64,000 nt of DNA. Origin: Trichoplax adhaerens. Its lineage: Eukaryota > Animalia > Placozoa. The stretch spans positions 1,361,836 through 1,425,835 of the forward strand of contig NW_002060949.1 in assembly GCF_000150275.1 (NCBI RefSeq). The letters run 5' to 3'. This document shows positions 50,741 through 64,000 of this stretch, one piece after another; positions within the stretch are counted from its first letter, which is position 1, and every line of letters starts with the position of its first letter. The notes beneath the pieces are model-generated. The model ran no database searches and was not told where the DNA came from. It worked only from the letters and a program-made list of their open reading frames with translations. Position numbers and translations under genes: made by a program.

Positions 50741-53700
50741 TGAACGCGGATTTCCTGACACTTTCTTTTCTACGTGTATGTAATCCATTGACAATATATG
50801 CTAGATACTAAGAATTTAGTTAAATCAAAGAGCAATATAGGTTGATTTCTAACTCAGTATCATTCCATTCTTATAAGGCAACCAGAAAAATTTTTATGAA
50901 CATTTTATGACTTAATGAAAGTAGCTTTACTTTATTGGAAAAAATCATGAAACTCTTTAAGATTCCTAGAGGACAGAAGCAGATATCCCTCGAATTGAAT
51001 GAGGGCACTCGCCTATACAATACTGTTAAGATATCTATAAATGAATAAATAGCTTAGATTAATGAAAATGAAACATATATAATGCGATATTTGCCTGTGT
51101 TATTTCTCCGGCCATAGAAATGATAATAATTGTCAATCGTTACTAGTTACTTGACAATCTTACTTTAAATTATGGGTAAAAGTTGTAAGAAAGGCAGATT
51201 TAATTAATCCTGGTGTAGCCATTTTTTCTTGTTATTTACACCATGATTGAATATAACATCTGTCGTTAAATGGACTGTTTATTCAAATATTTGAATAAGG
51301 GCTTACTACTATGGAAGACTGATAATTTAGTAACCGATAGTAAAATATTATATATAGACTGTATTCTATTGTAAAATTATAAATTACTTTATCTTGTGAG
51401 ATTGGATAATTGAATTTTTAATGGCTCAAGTAGACGGCTCAAGTAGACGAATACTTAATTGAAGTGGTTACAGCTACTTTGGAAACTTTCTATACAGATT
51501 ATATTTAACTCTAAAAATGATGAAACATCCCATACTTTATAACATTAACTGTACATAATATCAATGTCTTATACGAATTATCTGGATACCTGGCAAAGTT
51601 AATCATTATCTCTATTCATGTTGTCTTCTTTATAATAATAATATTTAATCATCGACGTGTAATATACGCCAATTTTCTATGTAACTTAGTCCTTTGAAAT
51701 GGCTTACTACCTTCAGTGCTATATCTTTTTCTATTAAAATGCAGAGTTTTTTACTGCAAGATCCATAACTAGAAAATATTCTTGACACGGTTCATAGACA
51801 TACTTTATTTCATTTTATATTGTAATCTAAAGAAAAGAAAATCAATCCTATACTATATTCGATATTTTGTACAGCATTAGACTATTAGTATAAAAGAAAA
51901 TCAATCCCATATTGTATTTGTTATTTTGTATATCGATAGACTATTAGATTGCAATTTTAAAATTTCAGTTACTTCTAAACAGGACTAAAGATAAAAATGG
52001 GGTCATAAAACATAATTGGACTAATTTATTCCATTTTCTCTTCCTCTATCTTAGAATTTTAAAAAATGTTGAAAAACAACTTATAATAGAGGATATTATA
52101 CTATAATGCTACTTTAGCCAACTTAATTTGTTAACTAACTCGCTAGTTCTATCTTGTTCTATAATGCCTAAACCGATAGAATATTGAAGTAGAAAAATCT
52201 ATAAATACCGTGATTACGAAATAGTCTACTGCATAGACAAACTGATTGATAGTGAAAAAATACTATAACTATTGTGGAGAATTTACTGTATTTAGAGTAT
52301 ATTAATGAAAGACAACAATAAAGAGTATCAATATAAATAATAAATTATTTATCATATTTTGACTACTTTGGTATAGAACTCTTCCTAGTCTTTAAATTTA
52401 TTAACATAAACAATTTAAAAATGAAGTTAGGGAAGGAAAAAATCTCTTAAATTATTTTAAAAAATCATTTAACGTCGTAGCCTATCATCTGTAAGCAAGA
52501 GATATTTTAGATTCAGTTTTAGTGCCACTCTATTTCTCTAATTGAGAAGGATATCAATAAGATCATCATTTGTTATTGTGTAAACAATTTATCTTCCTGC
52601 TTAAGTTTCCATTTACAAAAAGAAAATAAAAAACAACTTTTCCCTGTTAACTTTGTTCAAATTTCTGTCTTACTGTAAACTATAATAATATGGTGAGGAT
52701 TTCATTTTCAATCGTGATTGACATCCGTTAAAAAGCAAAAGTTGATGTTCATGTTTCTATATGATATTTTCTTCATGAATAATCCCATTTTTTGGCATAG
52801 TATATGACAATAGCTTCTGGAAGAGGTTGCACCTGTTATTCTCTTTCTATAGTTTAATTGAGATAATAATGTGACCAGATTAAATCAAGCCTAACCATTG
52901 AATAATTTTAATAATACACTTCTTGACGTTTTGTTTATTTGCTACATCAGATCAATATTGATTTAAATTATCAGCGACGAATCTAAATTGGCTATTTTAT
53001 TCCACCTGAGAAATTAACAATTTATAAATAAAAATTCAATCGTTTCCCATTTTTGATTGAATTAGTTAGACAATTTTATCGACATTGAATTGTGCTTACA
53101 ATATCTTTCAATTCTTATTGCGTAGACTATATAATGATAAAGTTGTCAAGGTAATCATCAGTTTAGACAGATTCAATTCAGTTGTCAAGTTATTCTTGGA
53201 AGATTGATGATAATAACATCATCAAATTCATCCATTTAGATACGATATTCAAAGTTAAGATTTGATTTCAACCATTCCATTGGCTACTATACCTTCATTA
53301 ATTTATAAATAGGGCACCATTGCATTTATTTCTTTCAAATTTTTTCATCATAAAGATTGATACCTTGGTAGAAGAAAACTTCATAAAAATTATTAATGTA
53401 AACAAATTAATATTTACACCTTTGTTGGAGGAAAGAAGCTAATATTGGTTAAAAGTCTCCTTTACTACTTGTAGGTAAATACTGTACACGGTATACCTCT
53501 AACAATTTTATTTTAGTAGAATTCTATTACGAGTAATTCAGTTATTGCCTCAAAAAAACACCAGCGTAGAGAGAACGAAAATTCCTCCTAATAAAAATTT
53601 ATTTACTACTGAATTCATCTATTAAGAAGAAAAGAATCACATTTTCCTAATCAGTTATAGCCCGTCGATATTTTACTTTACAAATCAGCTTCTGCGACTA

Positions 53701-53868
53701 CAATCTATTCTAACTCTATACTATAGCTGGATAATTGGCGCTATATTGAACGAAGAATTAAAAGATCTTAGATTGCAAGTATATTCGAGTGAAATAAAGA
53801 AACGCCTTACATCTTGAATTATATTATAGATAAAATTATAAGTTGGGTAAGATCAGTTACAGTTAGCT

Positions 53869-54216
53869 ATGACTTTGCCAAGCTTAATTGATACACAACG
53901 CAATTATCATGGGTTAAATAGTCGACCGACAGGCAAAATCTATGACGGTATAAAAAAAAATCATAAACGACAGCAACGATACGAGGAGATTTCTGTCAAC
54001 GAAATTTCGCAATCAACTACCACCAAGTTGCCACCATTACAAGATCGGGTTTTAAAAGAATCAGAAAAAACCCTTAGTCTACCAGACATTAATTTTAAAG
54101 TTAAAAATGAAACATTTCATATCAGTACTGCTGCTTATGTCTGGCTAATGAGGAAAGGTACACAAACATTCGATCGTGCAAGTTCCAATAACAAGGGCAG
54201 GCATCTATCAAGTTAG
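53869..54216 (+). CDS. Possible small orphan protein (115 aa, hydrophilic and basic), single exon as seen
   Basis: ATG-initiated ORF with protein-like hydrophilic composition, unlike the I/L/F/Y-rich spurious ORFs elsewhere in the window. Contains LPSL, LPPL and LPDI. No family recognised. Confidence 0.4.
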   Translation: MTLPSLIDTQRNYHGLNSRPTGKIYDGIKKNHKRQQRYEEISVNEISQSTTTKLPPLQDRVLKESEKTLSLPDINFKVKNETFHISTAAYVWLMRKGTQTFDRASSNNKGRHLSS

Positions 54217-54759
54217 CATGCAATCGAATAAATGATGTCAAGTGTAGAATGGAAAGATTTCAGATGGCTTTGTAAGACCTACCGCTGTCAAGATATTGGA
54301 ACTCAATACATAATATATCCTAATAATATTCAAGATGGATAAGGAAGTAAAAGTGATATTTATTATAATTAAAAGTGCCAACTACTGTACATCAATATTT
54401 AGAATTGTCTCATACGTACGTAAAAACCGAAATTTTTTTATACAGTATTATATATTAACAAGTACAGTATATTGCGGCGAAAGCTTTAACATGGCTTCAT
54501 ACAGCGCACTAAAATGACAATATTAAATGTACAGTCTATTTTAGTAGCACATTGCTGATCCTAGATTATATGCTATTCCACTTTAATATTTTATCGACAT
54601 TAATACATTAATTAATACTTAACTTAAATTGCAACATTTCGTTAATAATTATGTTTTTGGTATAACTATATCTAATGTGACTATCCTACAAGTTAGAATA
54701 ATAAAATCACATGTAAATTAGAACAAAGTATTCAGATTTAGGAGCACTTAATAGTCTAA

Positions 54760-57700
54760 TTATTCAGTAATTTCACCCAATGAATTAGATAGGAATTCAT
54801 CGATTTCATCATCAAGGGAATCGGCAGTTTTCGATAATATATCTTCATCTTTCGTAACTGTTCAAAGATGATTTATTGTAATATTACATACCATAAACGA
54901 TCAATATTAAAACAGTTAATTTTTTAATTATTATAGCATTCCATCGAATTTAATAAAATAAAGAATAGTATTTTATATTATCAACCTGATTTGGTTTCAG
55001 TTTCCGACGTGTTTGTAGTCGTATTTATGCGCCTAGCTGCAAAGCGGGTGTTTGGCCGATTTGCTCCTTGTACACGTTGACTTTCTTCAAAATATTCATT
55101 AGGATGATTAATAGAAAATCCAGCGTCCGAAACCTAAGACAATATTAGAATAGTTACATAAATATGGCAATTAGTTGAAAGAAATAATCAATGTTGTTGA
55201 AAATAATAAAGAGACTACTTCGTATTTACATCGTTATACAACACTTACATTATGGACTAATTCGTAGTATCGAACACAGGCTAATTGGTAATGAGAACCT
55301 TTAGCTAATTCGGTTATCTAAAATAAGGCGATAAACGTTGTAAATTAACTTCAACATAAATCTAACTATACTAATACTTGCTCAATATAATTATGAATAG
55401 TATTCTAACCTCTTTCGCACCCTCACTAGATAAACCATTCGACAGTAAACGTTGTCTTAATAAATCCGGATCGGTATGCCTAAAGGGGCAACCTAAACAT
55501 TACAGATAATAGTGGTAGTTGAAAAATAGATGACGCCAGAATTTCATGGGAGATGTCATACACCTTCGGTTTATTACAGTTCATTTATAACGGTTACGCT
55601 ATACGTAATGTAGTCCTACAATATAATTTAAATTTCTACTACTAGATACATGCTTCTAGGGAGGGAATATCAAGATACGCGAAGCAAATAGCATAAGAAC
55701 AAGAAGTAGTATTCAGGCATAGCGTATCAAGAAATCAAGGTTTTCAGCTTACCATGATAATCGCGAGGTCCAGGAGGATTGGACATAATTATCTTCATAC
55801 AGCTAGGTTATAACGAGATTTATATTGATTTTTATTCAAATGGATATAAGAAGTGTAGTCGATTACCAATTTACCATAAGGCGATAAAATTTGAAAGGAT
55901 CAATATTTTAATATTAATGTAGTTGTTACATTGCGTATTTACCTGTATGGGGTATAGTTTGTACGTTTTCCTTCTTTACCATAATTGTGTCGTATATTAT
56001 ATGCATATTGTTTGTCAAACTGTAATATTACAGCACGTGTTAATGAAAACAATTCCATTTTGTACCAGTAATGTGAATATAATATTAAATTTATTTATAG
56101 TGTCATAAAGAATTAGCAAACCTTGTCAGCATCTATATTTGGGCCTTTTGTAAACTCCTCTCGCCAAAATCGTAATGCTTCTTCCAGTGATAAACCGATA
56201 CCCTACATAATTGTAAATATTCCAAAATATATTATATTCATTTCTAGAGTACATAAATATTCAGAATATACCTACTTTTAAAAATAGGCCATACTGCATC
56301 CTGCCACCATGAGTTAAATGGTGATTTTCTCGGAGTGATTCATGTAGTTGTTTCATGCATAAAGGAAAAGACTTTGCAGATAGCTGTTTAAAAATAGAGC
56401 ACAAAGTGGCCAACAGATGAAAATCATGAGTAAACGAAAAATGTTTTTAAATAGTTAAAGGAATGTAATCCGACTTCCTAAGTCGAATTATTAGCTCCGT
56501 AAACTTACTCCGTCAATATCTCCAGCCACTACTTGTCCACTTAGAGAAGGTTGTGCACTATAATCTTTACCTATATATTGACGACTATTGAGTCGATAGA
56601 AAGATGGTTAATCTTTTACGAAATAGTTACTCGTGGTTAAAGTTTTAAAATCTACTATTTAGTTTAAATCAACAGGAAGGAATTTGAAAGATAAAGATTT
56701 ACCTCAAATTGCTTAACTTTGGTAGTATTCTATCATCTTCTTCAAGGAATGGCAGAGCTTTAGAGGCCATCTAAGGGCGAAAGGTGTAATTTAATATAAC
56801 AAAGCTAAGTTACTTTATAAACTGTAATCCTTATTAATACTTACTGCTAAGGCGTGGGATAAATTAGCACGAAAAACGCTAATAACAATTGTGACTAGGT
56901 CGTCTCGAGGAACGTATGCTTGCCCCTGTAAAGATTTAATTTTGTATAAGCGGGCATTCACATACGTTATTTAGGATATGCTGTACAAGAGCAGAGAACA
57001 GTAAATGGATACCCACATTCTTTAAATAAATTTTTCTTAGCTTCACGAGGTCTAAAGCTTCGGTAAAAGGCACCTGATATAGTGCAATAGTAAGTTATTT
57101 AAGAGCAAATTAAGGTTTAAAAAACTTTAGATTGTTACAGATCACAAACTGTGACTGCAAACAAAATTAATATAAAGTTGTAATTTAAAAAATCGATTCT
57201 AAAATTTTATTTTATCTAGTGTTAACATGACGAGACTGTAGGAATCTTAAATAATCCATATGTTTTGTCTCATATCATATATTGCGTATCTACCTTATAA
57301 TAATCTTTGCTTTCTACAGCTGCTCCATTCTGCATTGGATTACTGTGGATTAATTCTGTCCTAATGGACATTTTTTCATTTTCTGGAATCTGCAATAAGG
57401 CCGGTTAAGTCTTGTGAACATGATACATTTGTGCAATTAGCAATTGCTACAACTAATTAGGTATAACGATATTTAGATAAATCTGTTAATTTAGAATCAA
57501 TGTACCAGATAAACAGACTTTACGGTGAAATAAATAAGCTACTGTAGCGAACGATCAATAGGTGGCATGGCATCACACTATAACTACGCGTAATATAGTG
57601 TAGTATTTTAAAGGTGAGAACAATATACTTAAATCATTAATAATTAAAATAGTGTATAAAATTTGAATTATTAATATTTGCTGCTAAAAGTTATTAGTAA

Positions 57701-59865
57701 ACAAACTATTACCGGTGTATATTCCAGATTGTTGGCTTTCAAAAAACTGTCGATCCCACCAGCACTTTCTTGATTGAATCGATATCTAAAACGTATCGTA
57801 TATCTAATTTAACTGATAGCTTAAATGGAAGCGATATTTCATTGCTAATCTAATATTATTATACTGTATTCAGAGGTACTGACTTGAATAATTCCATTTC
57901 ATGCATTAAGAACCAACGACGCAAATTCTCTCTATTAAACAGCAATGAAAGCTTTTAAAACCTTGTCAATTTTGTTGTAACGACACTAAGATAGATCCTT
58001 TCGCACGCCCAGATATATACAGTAGGATAATTTAGATAATAGTGGTCAGCAGTATTGTAGATAGTAAAATATGTATCTAAATATTCTAGTATTCCATAGG
58101 AATATACTCCAGTTAACACTATGTAATCAATATCGACACCGAATATATTCTGTTTACAACTATCACTATCTTAATTATAATATAAAGTACATAGTGTAGA
58201 CAATGTATGAGAGTAAATCATTTCTTGCAGGAAGTTTGACTGTCTGAAGTTAGAGTTGGTAGCAGAAATATAGATAAGTAATTTCTATGGTCTTAACGTT
58301 TTACTAGGTGTAGATCGTGATCGGCAAAGCTTTCTATTTTGTGATATCAGCTCATTATTTCAACTAGCGAGAATATACAGTACTATCTCCATAACTCACT
58401 GTGTAATACTGCCATACTATCAGGAAAGAAATAACATTCAAATGATTGGAAAATATAGTCATATTTACGTTTGAATATTTATATATATCATATACTGTAT
58501 TCTACTAACTGATGGGAGTTAAAAAGGTATTGATATAAACATTGCATTGTACATAAATTACTTGAAATTAAAGAAAACACTTACGATCTGCAATACGCGA
58601 GTCTGAGAATAAAATGAGAAATATGATCCTTTCTGATTTCCTGATTAATGACGTCCGCATTATCTAGCTCCTAATTTTAAATTAAAGGAAAGAGATGAGT
58701 TTTATTCTTGTCAAGTCCGGCAACAATCCTGTCTTGTTTATTAAATAATATAAATACTGTTTCGTATTGCAGTCGTAAAACTTAGGTTATTTAATAGATG
58801 ATATATAGATAGGCATGGACTATATTCTCTACCGGGTATGATAAGATGAGAAGGTAACATGATAAAAGATACGCTTACTGCTGTACTGTACAGTATATAG
58901 TTACTGGGCGTATACATATAAGTTGGTATCAAGGTTAAACCGAAATATTATCTATTCATAGTATCGCCAAGAGTGCAAAATAACGTACTATACTACGACT
59001 ACTTTAGCATCAGTCATAGATAGAAAAGTATCGATTATACATAAATTAACGTTTAAGAGCGTAGCTTACATCATCATTTGTAAAGGTTTACAAATGTACT
59101 TTTGGTTTAAGTTACAACTTTAACTTTTTAGGTTCAGACTGACCTGTCGAGCGACGTTAGGTAGAAAAGCTTTGTATAATTTCGTCATTTCTCGTTCATA
59201 TTCAGGTGAATTCTTTTGATAACGAAGGAGAGCATTTTCTATTCCTTTCAGTACTTTAAAATTGAAACAGGTATTCATAGATTAAAGGACTCAATAGCAG
59301 TCGAAAGTATTTATTTCAGAACAGATTATTTAGCATTGATGATATCAACATCAATGTACAATTTTCTTCTAAATCCAACATTTGCTAGAGCAGAGTTTGA
59401 TTATACTGTAGTCTTGACAGTGTGAAGGATAAATCATTCCATCTGGGATAGTCTTAATTGCATATTAAGCTGATCACTATGCTATTACAGCTTTTGAAGA
59501 GTTATTGCTATCCAATCCTTCAAATGACTACTAACGTATGCTACTTTTAGGAAATAAATGAGTTTCAATATTCTATTTAGGATCGTAGAGGCCAATCTTA
59601 GCATCCTGCTAATTTAATGTCATGGATGCAATTTGGCGGGAAAATTTGATCTGGAGGCGGTGATACCGACAACTGCAGTACTGCTTATTTTGCGCTATGT
59701 AACTTTAATGTTACCTTTCAATCGATCGATAGCAAATCTTTCGAAATCTTCTAGCGAGATATTGTCAATCGGCGGCTTAGAATAGAACTGTAAAGTATGA
59801 GTTGCTCTTATTTTAGTCTTGTGGAGACGATGATTTCTTCGATCGGTGTTGCTTGAAAACTGCAT
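54760..59865 (-). CDS. PRIM2: DNA primase large subunit (p58), multi-exon
   Basis: MQFS...[70 protein letters not shown]...[65 protein letters not shown]. All four Fe-S cysteines are present. Stop at 54762-54760. Confidence 0.96.
59632..59649. promoter_or_regulatory. E2F-type site in PRIM2 intron 1
   Basis: TTTGGCGGGAAAATTTGA reads TTTTCCCGCC on the minus strand. CCAAT at 59592. Confidence 0.55.
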
Positions 59866-62565
59866 GATCTGCCATCCACCATCAAATCTTCATCTAATGA
59901 CAGCACAGTCAATATGCTTCCAGTCTCCGGTGGTCTGTTGTACTGTACTGTACTGTACTGTACCGCCAGATACACTCTAAACACAGTACTGTAATATAGT
60001 CCAGTACAGTCCAGTACTACAGTGCAATGACTGAGAAAGTACTGTACACTACACCAGTGTTTTGCAAGCTTTCCTTATTATTCACTCCGAAATCCAAAAC
60101 TCCAATTTTTTAATTTTTTAACATCCCATTCAATCCGAATCCAGAGACATGATTTTTTAAAATCGGACTCCAATCGGTATAGTCCTGTACATTGCATATT
60201 GGCTGAGCTTTGGCTCAAGTAGGATTCATACGGGTGACAATAGAATGCAGTACATTGATACTACCGTAGAGTCTTAACTAAAAATGATGTCACGATACGA
60301 TCGCGTCCTATTATAGGCAGCTAATGGTGACATCATTTCTGCTCGCAATTTCTTTTAGTAAGACTAACAAACAGTACATAGAAATTTAGCTAGGTACACG
60401 TACAGTCGGCTAGCTCGTACTGTACAGCCATAGTGACGGCGCTTACAGTATACTGTATCATACTTTATGCAGTTTAGCATCGAGCAAAAACCGTGTCACC
60501 AATATCAGCCTAACGTACCTGTGTTTTTACTGTCTATGCTCAAGCGAGCTAATAAGTACCCTAATTAAAAGGTCTCAATTTATATTCCAGTCACAACAAA
60601 TTTTACTAATGGAGCCCTCATATCAATTTTTATTCAGAATAGTATAGTAAAAGTGTACTTCCATAGTACAATACAGTATATATTAATGGATAGCTGTACA
60701 TCACGTACGTATGCTTATGTAATATTGACATTATATTGTCGAACCACTACCGTAAATTGACCGCATTTGAGCTATTTTATTGATGGACTACTTGCAGCAT
60801 GCAACTATAGACTGAGAGTAGAGCGTCATTGTATAGCAATAGCTGTATGACAAAATGTAAACTAGTCATCGCATTTACGGTAAACGAGTAAAACTTATAT
60901 CGTATTTCCGTTCATATATCTACAATTTTAGTCCTTCAATAAATACAGTATAAATAATGAACAATTCAGACCCTATAATCTATTTTATAACAGTATACAG
61001 TACAGTATATCATAGCATCATATGACTTTATCATGATGTAAGAAATAAGAACCTTAAGATTGAAACCACATCTAAAACATTAATGAATCACCCTAGCAGT
61101 TATTCTGATCAAAACGTTCAAATAATAGTAGAATTATTTCCTTTTTTTATTTTAGAAGTCAATCACAGTGTAATCATTGGTTACTATTTATTATAAGGAT
61201 CAAACATCATCTGTAAATACCGGAAATCCCAGAATGTCATCGTAGCTTCCCGTAATGCGTAAATCATAATTCTAATTAAATATATTACATATACAGTATA
61301 CGCGTACGTGTATGTGATATATACGAATATATCTTGATAAGTTAAAAATACATCAATACATGCACCTGAAATTATTATATTATTAATTAAAATCTCGCGA
61401 ATAATTTGCTGTCGTATATGATACGTATACGTGTAAAATTGCCCTAAGCTAAACCATTCATAACTTATTATATAACGATATTAGATTTAAATTATTCATT
61501 ACGTAAAATGTTGGCTACACAAAACTATGAAAATTGATTTATAAGCAACTCTTGTAATGAATAGACTAAGTTACTTTACATGATTTCATAATCAATTCTA
61601 TAATTGTAAAGGTTTGCTATTAATGACAAACCGCTGTAATAAAGTCTTGCATACGATTATGTTACTTTAACAGCAATTAATCAGGGGTAATGTTGATATT
61701 GCGATTTTTATAGTATTAGTAAGTAGTACAATTGACAAACTGTATCGTTCACAGGCTATTTATGTCCATTTAGAGTTTGTATAAGTTAGAATTGGTGACG
61801 TCAAGTAGACAAAATCTTACCACCGACCAAATCATTATGTATTGCAACGTATTATGGTAATAACACGATTAAAGTATTTGTAAATTGTTAAGATGGAATA
61901 TAACAGCAAAACAAGACAGTAATATACACAATTAAAAGCCTTAAATTCTTTCCAATATTACGAATAATACCAATTTCATTACGCTTATAAGGCTAAATCG
62001 TTCTAATTCAATAATATATTAGGTTTTAATCCAAGTGTCAGAAATACTTCACGTATTAAGCTGATACAAAATTCAAATTGTGGAATACATCGCAGAGATG
62101 TAAGACAAATATTTCTCTTACTATTCCGTAACATGACCTCGTACTATACGTAGTTTTGAGTAAATTCGTTGGAAAAAGTTCTTGATCTGTTCAAAGTTTA
62201 CATTGCACGCTTACTTTGAGATATGATAATAATGCAGCAATTTGATAATAACATGAAAGTGATATTATCTTCATTTGCAATATATACTTTACTATACAGT
62301 AACTAATTATATTATTATACTATGGAATCCTGTAATTTTCTTCCGTTGATTATACAAGTATTTTTTTGATGAATTAGATTTGATTGGTATAATATAGACA
62401 TTGAGTTATTTTCTCTCTGATTCACTGCATATATATTTTTGCGGTAACATTAGATGCGTGGTATCCATTAATTGACCATTCACGACCTTTACTCAAGCAT
62501 GGGGTAGTTTATAATACATTTATATTTTATGATAAATATATATATATATAAAAGACGTAGAGTAC

Positions 62566-63940
62566 TCATTGGCCTGCACAAATTAAACACTGCCCTCCAG
62601 TATTACTAGTGCAAGGAAAGTGGCTATACGCACCACAAGTAATACAAGCTGTCATGCCTTTTAATTCACATTTACAGGTTTTAGGAATATTATAAGTGCG
62701 ACGAATATGGATGTCGTTAGTAGGAGGCAGATTACTCGCTGCTACACTACTATTTGTAACTTCTTCTTCAGGTAATGGGGTTGTTGTTAGAAATTCTTCC
62801 TTAGAATTATTTACATCATCCGGTTTTAAGTCGGATTTTTTCTTATCTGCTTGCTTCTTTTTACCTTTTCCCTTAAAATCAGCTAATTCCTTAGATTGCC
62901 TTGTACGCTTAGGCGATTGTTTCTTTTTCTCTTGATTTTTGGATATACTAGTATTATCAATATTTTTGTTCTTTCTTTTCTTTGATATGGCGCCTTTAGT
63001 AGTGGTAGTGGCAGAATTATCAGTAGTATCCATCTTATCCTTAAGTAATGGATCTGTAAGGCAAGGGGTTGTTAAAGGATTTTGATTGCAGTCTTTATCA
63101 TATTCTTTCTTTAGGCTATATACAACACCAACCATAATTGAAAGGTCAATGTATTTTTCAAGAAAGTAGAATTTTCAAAGTTTTATAATCGAGCTAATTA
63201 CCTATCGCCCCAAGACATCTCGAAATTTTCCTTCTGTAGTTCATACAGTGATAGAAATTGTTGTTACTAACTTACAAGTACATTAAAACAGTGCTAAAGT
63301 ATATACCATATATAATATATATATGTCATTAGGGCATCAATTTCGCATTTTGTTATTAAAATTAAGAGTAGTTATTACAATATAATCAATTGATAAATTA
63401 ACTAACCTTCCAAGGATCAAGTTTAGCCATTTTTTTCGCCTGCTGTTTGACTTTTGCTTTTGTTTTAGGCGTAAATTCACCTAGAATCAGTTGAAGATGA
63501 CAGTAGCAAAAACATAAATAAAATTTTATATTATCAAAATGTTAATTACAAAGTTTCTAACGTGAAGTATTAGTACGATAATAAAAAAGATAAATTGTTA
63601 TTTCTAAAACATTTTCGTTGCCATGATAGTGATTAACACTTTCGTCCCTACCTTCAGATAGTTTTAGTCTCCATTCTAAACAAGCACTATTAAAGAATTC
63701 ATTGGATAAACAAGATGACGATAACCTAAATTAATGATTCCAGTATTAGTTACTTATATTAATTGATCGGTTAAATCAGTTCCTATTATTTTAGATTAGT
63801 AAGCAGGTAGGCTCTTGCGGATCTGCCAACCTTAATTGATTGTTCTGAGTTACTTCACGGTCAACCTCGGGTAGCAATTTTAAAAGTTGATATTGATGGG
63901 TTAATGGTAATTTTTCAAACGTGGCTTCGCTAATTATGCC
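62566..63940 (-). CDS. ASXL: Additional sex combs-like protein (DEUBAD plus C-terminal PHD); 5' part lies beyond the window
   Basis: Exons 63940-63831, 63725-63652, 63480-63407, 63233-63202 and 63115-62566. DEUBAD TFEKLPLTHQYQLLKLLPEVDR...LSSSCLSNEFFNSACLEWRLKLSEGEFTP...LDPWKKENFEMSWG. C-terminal CKCELKGMTACITCGAYSHFPC...CLIC. Confidence 0.92.
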
Positions 63941-64000
63941 CTAAGTTATTTAATATTATATGGAATTTCATGATTGTTACATAAACTAGCAATCTCTATA

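Noticed and set aside
57003-57016. GTATCC near a PRIM2 donor, suggesting a U12 intron
   Set aside because: The frame (KN|GQAYVP) requires the GTGGGT donor 4 nt earlier, an ordinary U2 site.
62696-62935. 79-aa plus-strand ORF
   Set aside because: Antisense shadow of the ASXL last exon.
1-64000. CRISPR arrays, prokaryotic operons, intact transposase or reverse-transcriptase ORFs
   Set aside because: The sequence is eukaryotic, the arrays are head-to-tail without unique spacers, and no such ORFs are present.

Overview
AT-rich, intron-dense animal genomic DNA with short exons and introns. The style suggests an early-branching metazoan such as the placozoan Trichoplax, but that is inference. Hand-splicing supports seven conserved genes: PHACTR (+, ~8.2-12.2 kb), MAPRE/EB1 (-, 13.9-19.2 kb), TAF2 (+, 22.6-31.5 kb), IMPAD1/BPNT2 (-, 32.2-35.5 kb), DLGAP5/HURP-like (+, 37.5-41.9 kb), PRIM2 (-, 54.8-59.9 kb) and the 3' part of a compact ASXL (-, 62.6 kb to the window end). 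There is also one possible orphan ORF at 53.9-54.2 kb. The non-coding parts (1-8 kb, both divergent promoter regions, 43-51 kb) hold many tandem arrays of 70-300 bp units. Best-supported unusual observations: a minor-spliceosome (U12) intron in TAF2 that appears to need a rare AT-AA terminus, a second U12-like GT-AG intron in TAF2, a GC-AG first intron in EB1, a CKAP2-like C-terminal module on the DLGAP5-like protein with a possible intronic poly(A) switch, vertebrate-style CCAAT + CDE/CHR and E2F cell-cycle elements, TAC(A/T)G pentamer clusters near 5' ends, and MAPRE-ASXL linkage matching three human paralogous loci. I found no clear-cut novel multi-gene system; the more speculative ideas are scored low. 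Comparisons with human proteins are from memory, not from database searches.
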